Assembly: GCA_001829625.1 (NCBI GenBank)
Contig: MIBW01000008.1
Coordinates: 65,455-129,454 of the forward strand
DNA: 64,000 nt
Source: Sulfurimonas sp. GWF2_37_8
GTDB lineage: Bacteria > Campylobacterota > Campylobacteria > Campylobacterales > Sulfurimonadaceae
Direction of reading: 5' to 3'
Shown: positions 1 to 10,471 of the stretch, one piece after another
Layout: every line of letters starts with the position of its first letter
Numbering within the stretch: the first letter of the stretch is position 1
Program-made: the position numbers and the translations under genes
The notes under the pieces: model-generated
The model's input: only the letters and a program-made list of their open reading frames with translations
What the model was told of the DNA's origin: nothing
The model's database searches: none

Positions 1-1
1 C

Positions 2-1015
2 GAAAAGTCACTTTATATTTCTATCTGGTACTACATTGCGACTTTCTTAGGTATAGCTATGCTTTATCTTTTCAACAATATGGAGATCCCTACAATGTTA
101 GCAGCGTCTCCGGCAGGTGAAAGTGGAATTGGTGCTTGGTACCATTCAGTTTCAATGTACGCAGGTACAAATGATGCGCTAGTACAATGGTGGTATGGTC
201 ACAACGCGGTTGCGTTTGGTTTTACAGTTCCTATTGTTGCTATGATTTACTATTTCTTACCAAAAGAGTCAGGTCAAGCTATCTACTCATATAAATTATC
301 ATTACTCTCTTTCTGGGGATTAATGTTTGTTTACTTATGGGCTGGTGGTCACCACTTAATCTACTCTACTGTTCCAGATTGGATGCAAACTATGGGTTCG
401 ATTTTCTCAGTAATCCTTATCTTGCCATCTTGGGGTTCAGCAATTAATATGCTTCTTACAATGAAGGGTGAATGGCAACAAGTTGCGGCATCTCCATTGA
501 TTAAGTTTATGGTTCTTGGTTCAACATTCTATATGTTCTCTACATTAGAAGGTCCTATTCAAGCAATTAAATCTGTTAATGCGATTGCTCACTTTACAGA
601 CTGGATAGTTGGTCACGTACATGATGGTGTTCTTGGTTGGGTTGGCTTTATGATTATGGCTGCACTTTATCACATGGCTCCACGTGTATTTAAACGTGAG
701 ATTTACTCTAAGTCTTTAATGGCTACACAATTTTGGATCCAAACTTTAGGTGTTGTTTTATACTTCACTTCTATGTGGATTGCTGGTATTACTCAAGGTA
801 TGATGTGGCGTGCTCACGATGAATTTGGTAACTTAGCTTACTCATTTATCGATACAGTTACAGTTTTACACCCTTACTACACTATCCGTGGTGTTGGTGG
901 TTTATTATACTTAGTTGGTTTCTTAATGTTTGCTTATAACATCTACAAAACTATGACTGTTGGTCGTAAAGTAGAAGAGTCTGAGCTTCAAAATGCATCG
1001 CCTATGGGCGCTTAA
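2..1015 (+). CDS. ccoN: cbb3-type cytochrome c oxidase subunit I (5'-truncated by window edge)
   Basis: Frame is open from base 2 (EKSLYISIWYY...). Has WWYGHNAVAF, GHH and HVHDG heme-copper motifs. Confidence 0.97.
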   Translation, partial: EKSLYISIWYYIATFLGIAMLYLFNNMEIPTMLAASPAGESGIGAWYHSVSMYAGTNDALVQWWYGHNAVAFGFTVPIVAMIYYFLPKESGQAIYSYKLSLLSFWGLMFVYLWAGGHHLIYSTVPDWMQTMGSIFSVILILPSWGSAINMLLTMKGEWQQVAASPLIKFMVLGSTFYMFSTLEGPIQAIKSVNAIAHFTDWIVGHVHDGVLGWVGFMIMAALYHMAPRVFKREIYSKSLMATQFWIQTLGVVLYFTSMWIAGITQGMMWRAHDEFGNLAYSFIDTVTVLHPYYTIRGVGGLLYLVGFLMFAYNIYKTMTVGRKVEESELQNASPMGA

Positions 1016-1030
1016 TAGAAAGGATTAATT

Positions 1031-1723
1031 ATGTTTCATTGGTTAGAAAAACATCCGTTCTTTTTCGCGGTAGGTGTTTTTGTTTCAATAGCTTTTGCTG
1101 GTTTGATTGAAATCGTTCCAAATTTTGCACAGGCTTCACGTCCTGTAATCGGTACTGCTCCATACTCTACACTAGAGTTAGCGGGTCGTCACGTTTATAT
1201 TAAAAATAGCTGTAATGCTTGTCACTCTCAGTTGATTCGTCCTTTTAAATCTGAAACAGATCGTTATGGACACTACTCTTTAAGTGGTGAGTATGCGTAT
1301 GATCGTCCATTCCTTTGGGGTTCAAAAAGAACTGGTCCAGATTTGATGCGTGTTGGTAATTACCGTACAACTGACTGGCACGAAAATCATATGAAAGAGC
1401 CACAGTCTGTAGTCCCAGGTTCAATCATGCCTGCATATACTTGGATGTTCAAAAACACAGCTGATATTAATACTGCATATGCAGAGCAACTTACAGTTGC
1501 GCAGTTTTTCGCAGTACCTTACAATAAAGAAGTTCCTATGAAAGATGGATCTACTAAAATTGTAAAAATGGGAGAAAGTGTTGCGGATGCAAACGCTTTA
1601 GCTTTGGAAGAAGCAAAAGCAATTGCTGCAGATATGAAAGATCAAGATGTTAAAGATGCAGTTGCAAACGGTCAGATTCCTGAAATCGTTGCTTTAATTG
1701 CATACATGAACAGTCTTAAATAG
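1031..1723 (+). CDS. ccoO: cbb3 oxidase subunit II
   Basis: CNACHSQ heme motif and WGSKRTGPDL; follows ccoN. Confidence 0.97.
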   Translation: MFHWLEKHPFFFAVGVFVSIAFAGLIEIVPNFAQASRPVIGTAPYSTLELAGRHVYIKNSCNACHSQLIRPFKSETDRYGHYSLSGEYAYDRPFLWGSKRTGPDLMRVGNYRTTDWHENHMKEPQSVVPGSIMPAYTWMFKNTADINTAYAEQLTVAQFFAVPYNKEVPMKDGSTKIVKMGESVADANALALEEAKAIAADMKDQDVKDAVANGQIPEIVALIAYMNSLK

Positions 1724-1735
1724 TAAAGGATTCAA

Positions 1736-1939
1736 GTGAATATTGCTGAACTACAAGCTTATGGTTATTTTGCACTTACGGTTTTTATGGTACTCGTATT
1801 ATATGGATATATATACCATTTGTACTCAAAAAAAGAAGATGCTGATGGACATGATTATGAAGAATATAGCAATATAGCACTTAGAGATGATGTGACCGAT
1901 ACACCTGTATCGGCTATATCTGATGATAAAGAGAAATAG
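1736..1939 (+). CDS. ccoQ: cbb3 oxidase subunit CcoQ
   Basis: 67 aa, one TM helix, GTG start with AAGGA RBS, lies between ccoO and ccoP. Confidence 0.88.
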   Translation: MNIAELQAYGYFALTVFMVLVLYGYIYHLYSKKEDADGHDYEEYSNIALRDDVTDTPVSAISDDKEK

Positions 1940-1948
1940 GAGAGATAT

Positions 1949-2872
1949 ATGAATAAGCTTTATCTTGGGGGAGCTATATTTACCATTCTTATGTTAGCGT
2001 TTACATACGTATCTGTAGGCGGTTCTGAGGGTGGATTAAATGGCGATATCGTCAACATGCTGGCTATTGCAGGTGCGGTTGCGCTTGTACTAATTTCAGT
2101 ATTTGTTGTAATCAAGTATGTTCGTCAAATGCAAACAGACACAGCTGATGGTGAATTGGCTGATGAGAGCTGGGACAATATTGGTGAATATAAAAATCCG
2201 GTTCCAATGGGCTGGGCTATTATGTTCTTAGGAACAATGATTTGGGGTATGTGGTATTTTGTAATTGGTTATCCAGTGAATGCATATTCACAAATCGGTG
2301 AATACAATGAAGATACTGCTGCGCATAATGAAAAATTTAACACGCAATATGAGTCTATCACTGGTGATAGATTGGTAGAAATGGGTGAATCTGTTTTCTT
2401 GGCAGAGTGTAAAGTGTGTCACGGTCTATCAGCAGATGGTATCGAAGGCAAAGCTGCAAACTTAAAAGTAAGACTTGAAGCTAAAGTTGTAAAACATGTT
2501 GTAGAAAATGGTTCTAATAATCATTTATTGGGCAGTGAAATGCCAATGCCTGATCGCAATGGTCTTTTCAACAATAATACAGGTGCTTTAATCACAGATG
2601 CTGAGATTGATGCAGTTTCTCAATTTGTTGCAAACGGCATGAACGGTGCTGGTGCTGAAGTGTTTGCTGGTGCGTGTGCTTCTTGTCACGGTGAAGACGG
2701 TAAAGGTATGGAGTATGTTGCTCCAAATGTTGCTGAGTTTACACCTGTGTTAGTTGTTAATGTATTAAATCACGGTAAAAAAGGTGCTATAGGTACTATG
2801 CCTGCGTTTGATAGACTTAATGCAAAACAAAAAGAAGCTGTTGGTGCTTACATCAGTAGCTTAAGTAAATAA
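1949..2872 (+). CDS. ccoP: cbb3 oxidase subunit III (diheme)
   Basis: WDNIGEYKNPVP FixP-type N-motif and two CxxCH (CKVCH, CASCH). Confidence 0.95.
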   Translation: MNKLYLGGAIFTILMLAFTYVSVGGSEGGLNGDIVNMLAIAGAVALVLISVFVVIKYVRQMQTDTADGELADESWDNIGEYKNPVPMGWAIMFLGTMIWGMWYFVIGYPVNAYSQIGEYNEDTAAHNEKFNTQYESITGDRLVEMGESVFLAECKVCHGLSADGIEGKAANLKVRLEAKVVKHVVENGSNNHLLGSEMPMPDRNGLFNNNTGALITDAEIDAVSQFVANGMNGAGAEVFAGACASCHGEDGKGMEYVAPNVAEFTPVLVVNVLNHGKKGAIGTMPAFDRLNAKQKEAVGAYISSLSK

Positions 2873-2882
2873 GGAGTCAGGT

Positions 2883-3092
2883 ATGAACGAAAATAGAAGC
2901 GTATTTGCTCTTGATGGTGTTACAGGTATGTTGATTGCAACTGTGTTATTATTATCAATCCTTGTATTCTTAACAATACAGGCGCTTGGTGTTCAAAATG
3001 CACAGGCAAGCAATTATTACGATATCAAAGATGAATCTTCAATAAGAATGAATAGCGTGGATAACGCTAAGCATATTATTGATGTGAAGTAA
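2883..3092 (+). CDS. DUF4006-like small membrane protein of the cco operon
   Basis: FALDGVTGMLIATVLLLSIL motif, AAGGAG RBS, typical position after ccoP in Campylobacterota. Confidence 0.75.
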   Translation: MNENRSVFALDGVTGMLIATVLLLSILVFLTIQALGVQNAQASNYYDIKDESSIRMNSVDNAKHIIDVK

Positions 3093-3102
3093 GGAGCAGA
3101 TA

Positions 3103-3192
3103 ATGGAAAAAATTATTGCATGGGGCCTTGTTTTAATGGCAGCCTATACTCTTTACGCAGTTACAATCGGGCAAGCTGTGCTTGTTGGTTAG
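3103..3192 (+). CDS. 29-aa hydrophobic small protein (not in the ORF track)
   Basis: AAGGAG RBS then MEKIIAWGLVLMAAYTLYAVTIGQAVLVG*; fills the operon gap. Confidence 0.7.
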   Translation: MEKIIAWGLVLMAAYTLYAVTIGQAVLVG

Positions 3193-3200
3193 GGATATCA

Positions 3201-3908
3201 TTGAAAATTTTTAATAGAGGGCTTTTTGCCCTCATCCTCACAATTTTATTTCAATCACAACTTAGTGCAGAATATTTATATAAAGATGACGTCATTCACA
3301 ATCCAAATTTTAGTGCAGATGTAGAAAAAGTTGGCAGTGAGCTTTACCAAAAAACAGGTATAGCACTAAGACTTTTGATGTTGCATGAGCTACCAGATGG
3401 AGTGAATATTCTTGAATATCAGGAAAAAGTCTTACAAGAACTCTCTGGACCTACAATACTGCTCACATTTTCAGAGCTGAATATGAAGGTAGATATTTTA
3501 GCAAACGATACAATTTTATATGAGTATTTTGACAAAAAACAGGTTTTAAGTCCTGTAGCTTCACAAGTCCAAGCTGTTATAATGGCTGCGATGTATGGAA
3601 AAAACTGGGAACACTTCAAATATATGGCAAATGATTACGGCGGAAGTATTCTGCCGCTTATTTCTGGCAAAGCAAAGCCTGAGCAACGCTTAGGAATGTA
3701 TTCTGGTTCTATGTTCAATGGGTACATTGATATAGCAGAACAAATAGCAGTGAGCAAGGGTGTTGTACTTGAAAACGCAGCTGGAAATGCAAATAAAAAC
3801 AGTATTTTATTGCTCAAAGTATTGTTCTATGGTTTTATAATTTATGCTATATTCATGTTTATTAGAATAAAGCTAAAAAGAAGGAGAGAACCCAGTGAGC
3901 AAAAGTAG
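3201..3908 (+). CDS. Periplasmic/membrane protein of the cco operon (TPM-like, uncertain)
   Basis: In-frame TTG at 3201 gives a signal-peptide-like N-terminus; C-terminal TM helix. Confidence 0.65.
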   Translation: MKIFNRGLFALILTILFQSQLSAEYLYKDDVIHNPNFSADVEKVGSELYQKTGIALRLLMLHELPDGVNILEYQEKVLQELSGPTILLTFSELNMKVDILANDTILYEYFDKKQVLSPVASQVQAVIMAAMYGKNWEHFKYMANDYGGSILPLISGKAKPEQRLGMYSGSMFNGYIDIAEQIAVSKGVVLENAAGNANKNSILLLKVLFYGFIIYAIFMFIRIKLKRRREPSEQK

Positions 3909-4401
3909 TGGAAGAGTTTGGCCATATGCGATAGGAGCTTCAATATTATTAATTTTTAGTGCTTGTGTAGCGACTATAATAGTGACAAGTAAAATGCCTG
4001 TTGAAGCGAGTGATACTTATATGATGGGTTACCACGAAGCGGATGCTAGTGCTAATGAAATCATTCAAGCGCAGATTGCTTTTGATAAAAAATACAATAT
4101 TGCATATCAAACGCAAGCGCTGAATGTACAAAATACACAACTTATTTATAGAGTTACAGATAAAGAGGGCGTAGCGGTTGATAATGCAATTATTAAAGTT
4201 ATCGTGACGCGACCTAACAACCATAAACATGATCAAGAACTTCTCAATCCTAACATAAATAACGGAGTTTATACCTTTGCCCCTATCACCCTTGCTCAAG
4301 AGGGAAGATGGGATATTATGGCGAAAGTAGAAGTTGACGCTCAACAAAGATTTTACAATCTCAAAGCCGATACAAGAGCCAAAGAGACATTTGAATATTA
4401 A
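3895..4401 (+). CDS. ccoH: FixH/CcoH family protein
   Basis: WPYAI N-terminal TM anchor and YtkA/FixH-like TRP...GRWDI region; cco context. Confidence 0.75.
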   Translation: MSKSSGRVWPYAIGASILLIFSACVATIIVTSKMPVEASDTYMMGYHEADASANEIIQAQIAFDKKYNIAYQTQALNVQNTQLIYRVTDKEGVAVDNAIIKVIVTRPNNHKHDQELLNPNINNGVYTFAPITLAQEGRWDIMAKVEVDAQQRFYNLKADTRAKETFEY

Positions 4402-4448
4402 ACTTCTTTTATGAGTTTTATGGGTTAGCTCATGAGGGGTGTAAATAA

Positions 4449-6794
4449 ATGAACGAAACGACTATAGTTTTACCTTCTGCCCGTGCTATTAGGCACGAGC
4501 AACTCCACATCCAAACGCAAACACTTTTCCTTTCGAATTATATAACTATGAGTGATTTTGTGTCAAAGCTATGTATTGTAAAAGATTTTAAGATACATGA
4601 TGAAGATAGCAAAACTTTATTGCTTCTTGAAGCTTCAGATTTTAAAGCATTTTCTCAGCTGCAGATAGAGAGAAACTTTTTTACATTTACAAAAAACTCT
4701 TCTTATATTTTCAATTTTTTTGAAGAACTTAGTGCTGAGATGTATGCTATCAATACGCTTGATACTTCAGATATTTATGCAGAGTATGAAGAACACATCA
4801 GCATACTTCAAGAGCTTTACAAACGTTATGAACAGCTATGTTATGAAAAAAAACTTTTAGATAAAATCTTTTTGCCAAAGCTTTATGCTTTCAACAAAAG
4901 CTATGCTGCTGTGCACAAAACAATAAATATTCATGTAGCGGGGCATCTTACAAACTTTGAGTTGGAGCTTTTGGAAAAATGTTGTGAGTATGCGCAGGTA
5001 AATATACATATACACACTACAAGTTTTAATACAAAAATGCAAAATAAATTTCTTGATTTAGGCATAGAACTTGAAAAAGATTGTAGATATGAGATCTCTT
5101 TAAACGCAAGAGAGATACGCACGAAAGAGGCGACACAAAAAAATAAAAATATCAAATGTGAATCAGTGAGTGAAGCACTTTTGCAGCTTGCGTTTATCAA
5201 GCAGAAGATTTATGCGTTTATCCAAAAAGGGTATGAAGCGCAAAATATTGCAGTAGTCTTGCCCGATGAAAAATTTGCAGATATACTGAAACTTTTTGAT
5301 GAAAAGTCAAACTTTAACTTCGCTATGGGAGAGAGTTTTGCCAATACACAGAGTTACCAAAAACTCGACGTGACACTTCAAGCTATAGAGAGTGACACAA
5401 AAGAAAATGAAGCAAAACTCACAAGAGTTGGCGATGAGATGTATCTTGAACTTTTTTCCATTTACTACAAAAATGCAAAAGAGATAAACATACTTGAATA
5501 CCTTGAAAAATACATAGAGTTTATCGCAAGTAAGGTTGAGCGCAAAATATTTAGTGAAGAGATATACAGCTTTAAAAACATCCTTCCATTTATGCAAGAG
5601 ATGAGTGTAAAGTCTCTTTTACATCTTTTTTTACAGCGTCTTGGGCAAAGAACTATAGATGATGTTCGTGGCGGAAAGATAACCGTGATGGGAGTTTTAG
5701 AAACCAGAGCAGTTGCGTTTGACGCTGTTATAATTGTAGATTTTAGTGATGCAAATGTTCCAAGAAAAAGCGATAAAGATATGTTTTTAAATACAAAAAT
5801 CCGTACAATCGCCGGCTTGCCGACAATGAATGACAGAGAAAATTTACAAAAGCATTATTATGAAAGGCTCATAAACTCAAGCAAAGAGGTCGCTATTTGT
5901 TACGTTGAGTCAAGTCAAAGCTCCGCTTCGCGTTTTTTAAAACAGCTGCATATTGAGCAAATAAAGCGTTATTCTGAGCAGGATTACGCGCAGATACTTT
6001 TTCATAAACGCAGCATTTCTAAAAGAGAAGATGAAAAAATTGTGTGTGAATATAATTTTAAAGACCAGAAACTCTCAAACACAAAACTCAAAACATTTTT
6101 GACCTGTAAAAGAAAATTTTATTACAGATATATTAAGCACATAAACGCCCATGACATTCCAAAAGATATGCCAAAAGAGTGGGAAATTGGGATTGATGTT
6201 CACAGTGCACTCAAAGAGCTTTACAGCAAAAAAAATAGCTATTTAAACGCAGGTGAGCTCAAACGCGACTTGCAAAAAGAGTTGGACAATGTTTGTGGAC
6301 GAAGTGAGTTAGAAAAATATCTCATTAGTATGTACAAAAAAAGTTTAGATGCGTTTTGCGAAAATGAGATACAAAGGTTTCAAGAAGGCTGGCAGGTTCT
6401 TAGTTGTGAAGAGAACTTTGAATGCGACTTTGCAGGAGTAAAACTTGTCGGGCAGATTGATAGAATTGACAAAAGAGAAGATGAGATTTTTGTACTCGAC
6501 TACAAAACAGGTTCTTACCCGCTTTACACAGCGAAAAACTTCACCCAAGCGACAGATTTTCAGTTAGAGTTTTATTATCTTTTGAGCAAAAAATTAGCGA
6601 GTAAAACGCAGTGCGGATACTATGACCTCAAAGAGTCAAAAATTGTTAACGAACTCTTTTTAGAAGAAAAACTTGGCGTTTTAGAGTCTAACATCAAAGA
6701 TATTTTAATGCATGAAACGCATGAGTTTGACAAGTGTGATGATGTGAAGGATTGTCTGTATTGCGAATTTAAGATTATCTGTGGGCGAGAGTAG
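4449..6794 (+). CDS. addB: AddB-like PD-(D/E)XK nuclease subunit
   Basis: MGVLETR, GQIDRID...LDYKTG nuclease motif, C-terminal Cys cluster (C..CLYC..C). Confidence 0.85.
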   Translation: MNETTIVLPSARAIRHEQLHIQTQTLFLSNYITMSDFVSKLCIVKDFKIHDEDSKTLLLLEASDFKAFSQLQIERNFFTFTKNSSYIFNFFEELSAEMYAINTLDTSDIYAEYEEHISILQELYKRYEQLCYEKKLLDKIFLPKLYAFNKSYAAVHKTINIHVAGHLTNFELELLEKCCEYAQVNIHIHTTSFNTKMQNKFLDLGIELEKDCRYEISLNAREIRTKEATQKNKNIKCESVSEALLQLAFIKQKIYAFIQKGYEAQNIAVVLPDEKFADILKLFDEKSNFNFAMGESFANTQSYQKLDVTLQAIESDTKENEAKLTRVGDEMYLELFSIYYKNAKEINILEYLEKYIEFIASKVERKIFSEEIYSFKNILPFMQEMSVKSLLHLFLQRLGQRTIDDVRGGKITVMGVLETRAVAFDAVIIVDFSDANVPRKSDKDMFLNTKIRTIAGLPTMNDRENLQKHYYERLINSSKEVAICYVESSQSSASRFLKQLHIEQIKRYSEQDYAQILFHKRSISKREDEKIVCEYNFKDQKLSNTKLKTFLTCKRKFYYRYIKHINAHDIPKDMPKEWEIGIDVHSALKELYSKKNSYLNAGELKRDLQKELDNVCGRSELEKYLISMYKKSLDAFCENEIQRFQEGWQVLSCEENFECDFAGVKLVGQIDRIDKREDEIFVLDYKTGSYPLYTAKNFTQATDFQLEFYYLLSKKLASKTQCGYYDLKESKIVNELFLEEKLGVLESNIKDILMHETHEFDKCDDVKDCLYCEFKIICGRE

Positions 6795-6888
6795 AGATGT
6801 CGCAAACACTCTATATATAAAAAAACTATATAAGTATTTTATATATAGTATGATACAATTAATTTATATTTTTTAATAAAGGATATCA

Positions 6889-8028
6889 ATGTTTCATAGT
6901 GGAAGCCCCGTAAAGGGAAAAGATTTTATAGATAGAAAAAAACATCTCCCACTCTTTAAATCCTATCTTGATAACAATCAGCATATCATGATAAAAGCCC
7001 CAAGAAGATTTGGAAAAACATCGCTCATCAAGCATATATTTGACTATGAAAAGGGGTATGATTTTATCTACATAGACATAAGACTGCACCACTCTTTAGA
7101 CTCGTTGTCCAAACAAATACTCGATAGCGCATACAGTTTTGTAAAGATTGAAAACTTCATTAGACAGACAAAAAACTCCCTTTTAAATCTTCTAAAATCT
7201 ATCAAAACCATCTCCATCCCCGATATGGCAGAAATCACTATTGATTTGGTTAGCAAAGATAGTGACCCCATAGAGCTTTTTATCCACTCTTTAAATGTAG
7301 CCCATAGCATAGCGACTTCAAAGGGTACAAATATAAAACTCATATTTGATGAGTTTCAAGACATCACAAAACTCTATGATAAAAATATCTTAGAAGTGCT
7401 TCGTTCGGTTGCACAGCACCATGAAAATATCACTTATGTTTTTTTAGGAAGCATAGAGTCTATCATGACTGACATCTTTGAGAGCAAAGCATCCCCGTTT
7501 TTTCATTTTGCAAGCGTGATAAAACTAGACGGACTTGACGCTGATGAACTTTTTGACTACACCAAAACAGAGTTTGACAAACATGGCATCGCTTATGACG
7601 CAGAACTTTTATACAGTACGATAACTTTTTTAGAGGGGCATCCTGAGTACAGCGCAAAAGTATTGCAAACTCTCTACATAAACGCCATGTTAGAAAAAAA
7701 GTCCATAGAGTATAGCTGTGTACTTAACGCCATAAGCTTTAGGGTGCTAGAAAATAGAGCCTATCTTGATGAGCTTATATCGAAACTAAAATCTAAAAAA
7801 CACCACTTTGAAGTGGTCTATGCCATGGCAAACAACCTAAGCCACGAGATGGACTCAGCCACGCTGTACAACACACGCGTATCACTAGAAAATATGGGAC
7901 TCATAGCAAAACTGCAAAAAGGCGAATACAAAATAGTAGATATATTTTTAAAAATCCTCCTGCAACAACATGACGACAAGATGGTAGCACTTGATGGAAA
8001 ATTGGATATTGGGCTTGAGTATGAATAA
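6889..8028 (+). CDS. P-loop ATPase (archaeal-ATPase/ATPase_2-like)
   Basis: Walker A APRRFGKTS, Walker B IFDEFQ, GSPVKGKDFIDR N-motif. Confidence 0.8.
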   Translation: MFHSGSPVKGKDFIDRKKHLPLFKSYLDNNQHIMIKAPRRFGKTSLIKHIFDYEKGYDFIYIDIRLHHSLDSLSKQILDSAYSFVKIENFIRQTKNSLLNLLKSIKTISIPDMAEITIDLVSKDSDPIELFIHSLNVAHSIATSKGTNIKLIFDEFQDITKLYDKNILEVLRSVAQHHENITYVFLGSIESIMTDIFESKASPFFHFASVIKLDGLDADELFDYTKTEFDKHGIAYDAELLYSTITFLEGHPEYSAKVLQTLYINAMLEKKSIEYSCVLNAISFRVLENRAYLDELISKLKSKKHHFEVVYAMANNLSHEMDSATLYNTRVSLENMGLIAKLQKGEYKIVDIFLKILLQQHDDKMVALDGKLDIGLEYE

Positions 8029-8046
8029 TCGGAAATTTTACACTCA

Positions 8047-9237
8047 ATGATTTATTCTAAAATAATCTATGAATACAGCAAAATAGAAGATGCTGATTTA
8101 AAGCAATTTATTATAAACACGCCTCAGCTTCACAAATACTTCAAACTCGACTGGAACATCTTAAAATCACGCCAATATTGTGGCATACTCAACTTTGAAG
8201 GGGAAGATTATTATCTGCTTCCAAAAATCAGCAATAAAAATGAAAAGACAAATTTAGACACTTTTATTTATATGCTCATGTGCGCCTATGACATCAAACT
8301 TCAAAACGAAGATATAGCTTCATGTGAAAATCAAACTCATACGATTTTGGAAGTTTTTATCCAGATGTTTGCAAAAAAATTGTTTCAAGAGTTGCAGTTT
8401 GGTATTTTCAAAGAGTACATTACAGAACAAGAAAACCTCACAACGCTTCGTGGCAAATATCTCATCAATGAGAACCTCAAATATAACCACATAAAAAACA
8501 AAATCTACTGCGAATATGATGAATTTAGCATGAATAATGAACTCAATCAGTTTTTTCTTTTTGCAATAAAATCTTTACTGCCGTTTGCAAAAGACAAGAG
8601 AATTCTGATGCAGTGTGAAATTGCACTTGATGAAGTTGAGGTTAAAAGTTTTGATATAAATGGTTTAAATATTCACTTTCACAGGCTCAACAACAGGTTC
8701 AAAGAGAGTTTTGAATTTGCGATTTTACTTTTGCAAAAGTCCATTCCGCTCTTTAGCAAAGATAAAAAAAGTTTCGCATTTTTGTTTGACATGAATGAGT
8801 TGTTTGAGAAATTTATAGGCAGAATGATTTTGAGCTTAGACCCAAAAACGAAGCTCCAAAATAAGAAAAACTTTGGCAACCTACAGTTAAAACCAGACAT
8901 AATAACATCTAACATGATAATAGACACAAAGTATAAAATATTAAGAAGCAAAGAGGACTTGGCGGTGAGTGACAAATACCAAATGTTTGTCTATGGCACA
9001 AACTTTGAATTAAAAAACACGATGCTTTTGTATCCGAAGCATTTGGAACATTTTGATTATGAACTGCATTTGGGCAAAGGTGAGAAGGAGATTGGTTTGA
9101 AGATAAGAAGTATTGACTTGGAATGCGCTGTGCGCGATAGCGAGGAAGTGCCCTTGGGGCATGGAAGTTGTGGGTATGGTGAGTTTTTGGATGAGATGAA
9201 AAATAGAATTGAAGGGGTTTTAAATGGCGAAAATTGA
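8047..9237 (+). CDS. mcrC: McrC family restriction endonuclease subunit
   Basis: FDMNELFEKF, LKPDI...IIDTKYK, DKYQMFVY. Confidence 0.88.
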   Translation: MIYSKIIYEYSKIEDADLKQFIINTPQLHKYFKLDWNILKSRQYCGILNFEGEDYYLLPKISNKNEKTNLDTFIYMLMCAYDIKLQNEDIASCENQTHTILEVFIQMFAKKLFQELQFGIFKEYITEQENLTTLRGKYLINENLKYNHIKNKIYCEYDEFSMNNELNQFFLFAIKSLLPFAKDKRILMQCEIALDEVEVKSFDINGLNIHFHRLNNRFKESFEFAILLLQKSIPLFSKDKKSFAFLFDMNELFEKFIGRMILSLDPKTKLQNKKNFGNLQLKPDIITSNMIIDTKYKILRSKEDLAVSDKYQMFVYGTNFELKNTMLLYPKHLEHFDYELHLGKGEKEIGLKIRSIDLECAVRDSEEVPLGHGSCGYGEFLDEMKNRIEGVLNGEN

Positions 9238-10471
9238 TAATGAACAAATAGAAGATTTGTACAAAAAATTTAGAATATTTTATCAAAGTAATAATATTGA
9301 TTTTGTAACTATTCAACAGAGTAAGATTGTAGATAATATTGTTCAAGTTATTTCTAAAGAAAAGAAGTTTTTTTGGAATGAAACAAGTTTAAAAGGATAT
9401 ATAGTTAATCTAATATATATGTTCAAGGGAGAAGGGTTTAAATGGACCATAAATAGTTTTGCGGAAAATTATTTTATAGAAAATATTTGTAAAGACTTTG
9501 GACCTGAAATATGTGATAAGGCTAAATTCGCTTTAGAAGAACATAAAAAATATTATAAAAATATTACAAGTAGAGATAATGAGATCTTGAAAGAAAATGA
9601 AATTAATAAAGAAAACAAGAACTTACTAAACATCAAAAACATAATCCTCTACGGAGCCCCAGGAGTTGGAAAAACTCATAATTATAAGAAACTTGTGGCA
9701 CTAATTGAAGGAGGCGATTTTTTAGAAAATAAAATTTTTGATTTTATAATCAACAATAAAGATGATGAAATTGAAGAAGGTAGTGTCGATAGATTGTTTA
9801 AACAAATCAAAGATGAAGAACGATTAGAGTTTATAACCTTTCATCAAAGCTACTCATATGAAGATTTTATAGAGGGTTTTCGACCAAATGAAAGTGGAAA
9901 TATTAAGCTTGAAGCTGGAATCTTTAAAAGATTATGTGACGAGGCATTCAAACAAAAAGAACAAAACTTCTACATAGTCATAGACGAAATCAACCGAGGA
10001 AACATCTCTAAAATCTTTGGCGAACTTATCACGCTCATCGAAGAGGACAAAAGAGATATTTACGAAGTGACGCTTCCCTACTCAAAAGAAAAATTCAAAG
10101 TGCCTTCAAACCTCTACATCATTGCCACAATGAACTCTACCGACAAATCCATAGCGACGATAGATATCGCACTCAGACGCCGTTTTACATTTTTAAAAAT
10201 GAAGCCAAATGTTGCACTTATAAACTTTCCAGATGCCAAAGAGCTGTTTAATAAGTTGAATGACTTTATTTCTGATGAAGATAAAGGAAATTTGGGTAAA
10301 GATTATCAGTTAGGACATAGCTATTTTATGAATATTGCAAGTTATGAAGATTTGGAATTTGTAAAAGAGTACAAAATTAAACCGCTTTTAGAAGAGTATT
10401 TTTATGTGGATAAGGCTAAATTAACCGAAGCCTTAAATATTTTAAACATAGAAAATTCACATGACATTTAA
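9224..10471 (+). CDS. mcrB: McrB family AAA+ GTPase
   Basis: GAPGVGKT, TFHQSYSYEDFIEGFRP, IDEINRGN, TMNSTD, ALRRRF, GHSYF. Confidence 0.92.
   Translation: MAKIDNEQIEDLYKKFRIFYQSNNIDFVTIQQSKIVDNIVQVISKEKKFFWNETSLKGYIVNLIYMFKGEGFKWTINSFAENYFIENICKDFGPEICDKAKFALEEHKKYYKNITSRDNEILKENEINKENKNLLNIKNIILYGAPGVGKTHNYKKLVALIEGGDFLENKIFDFIINNKDDEIEEGSVDRLFKQIKDEERLEFITFHQSYSYEDFIEGFRPNESGNIKLEAGIFKRLCDEAFKQKEQNFYIVIDEINRGNISKIFGELITLIEEDKRDIYEVTLPYSKEKFKVPSNLYIIATMNSTDKSIATIDIALRRRFTFLKMKPNVALINFPDAKELFNKLNDFISDEDKGNLGKDYQLGHSYFMNIASYEDLEFVKEYKIKPLLEEYFYVDKAKLTEALNILNIENSHDI

Noticed and set aside
3120-3200. ORF-track start at 3120 for the 262-aa protein
   Set aside because: It overlaps the RBS-supported 29-aa ORF and gives an implausible N-terminus; TTG at 3201 fits better.
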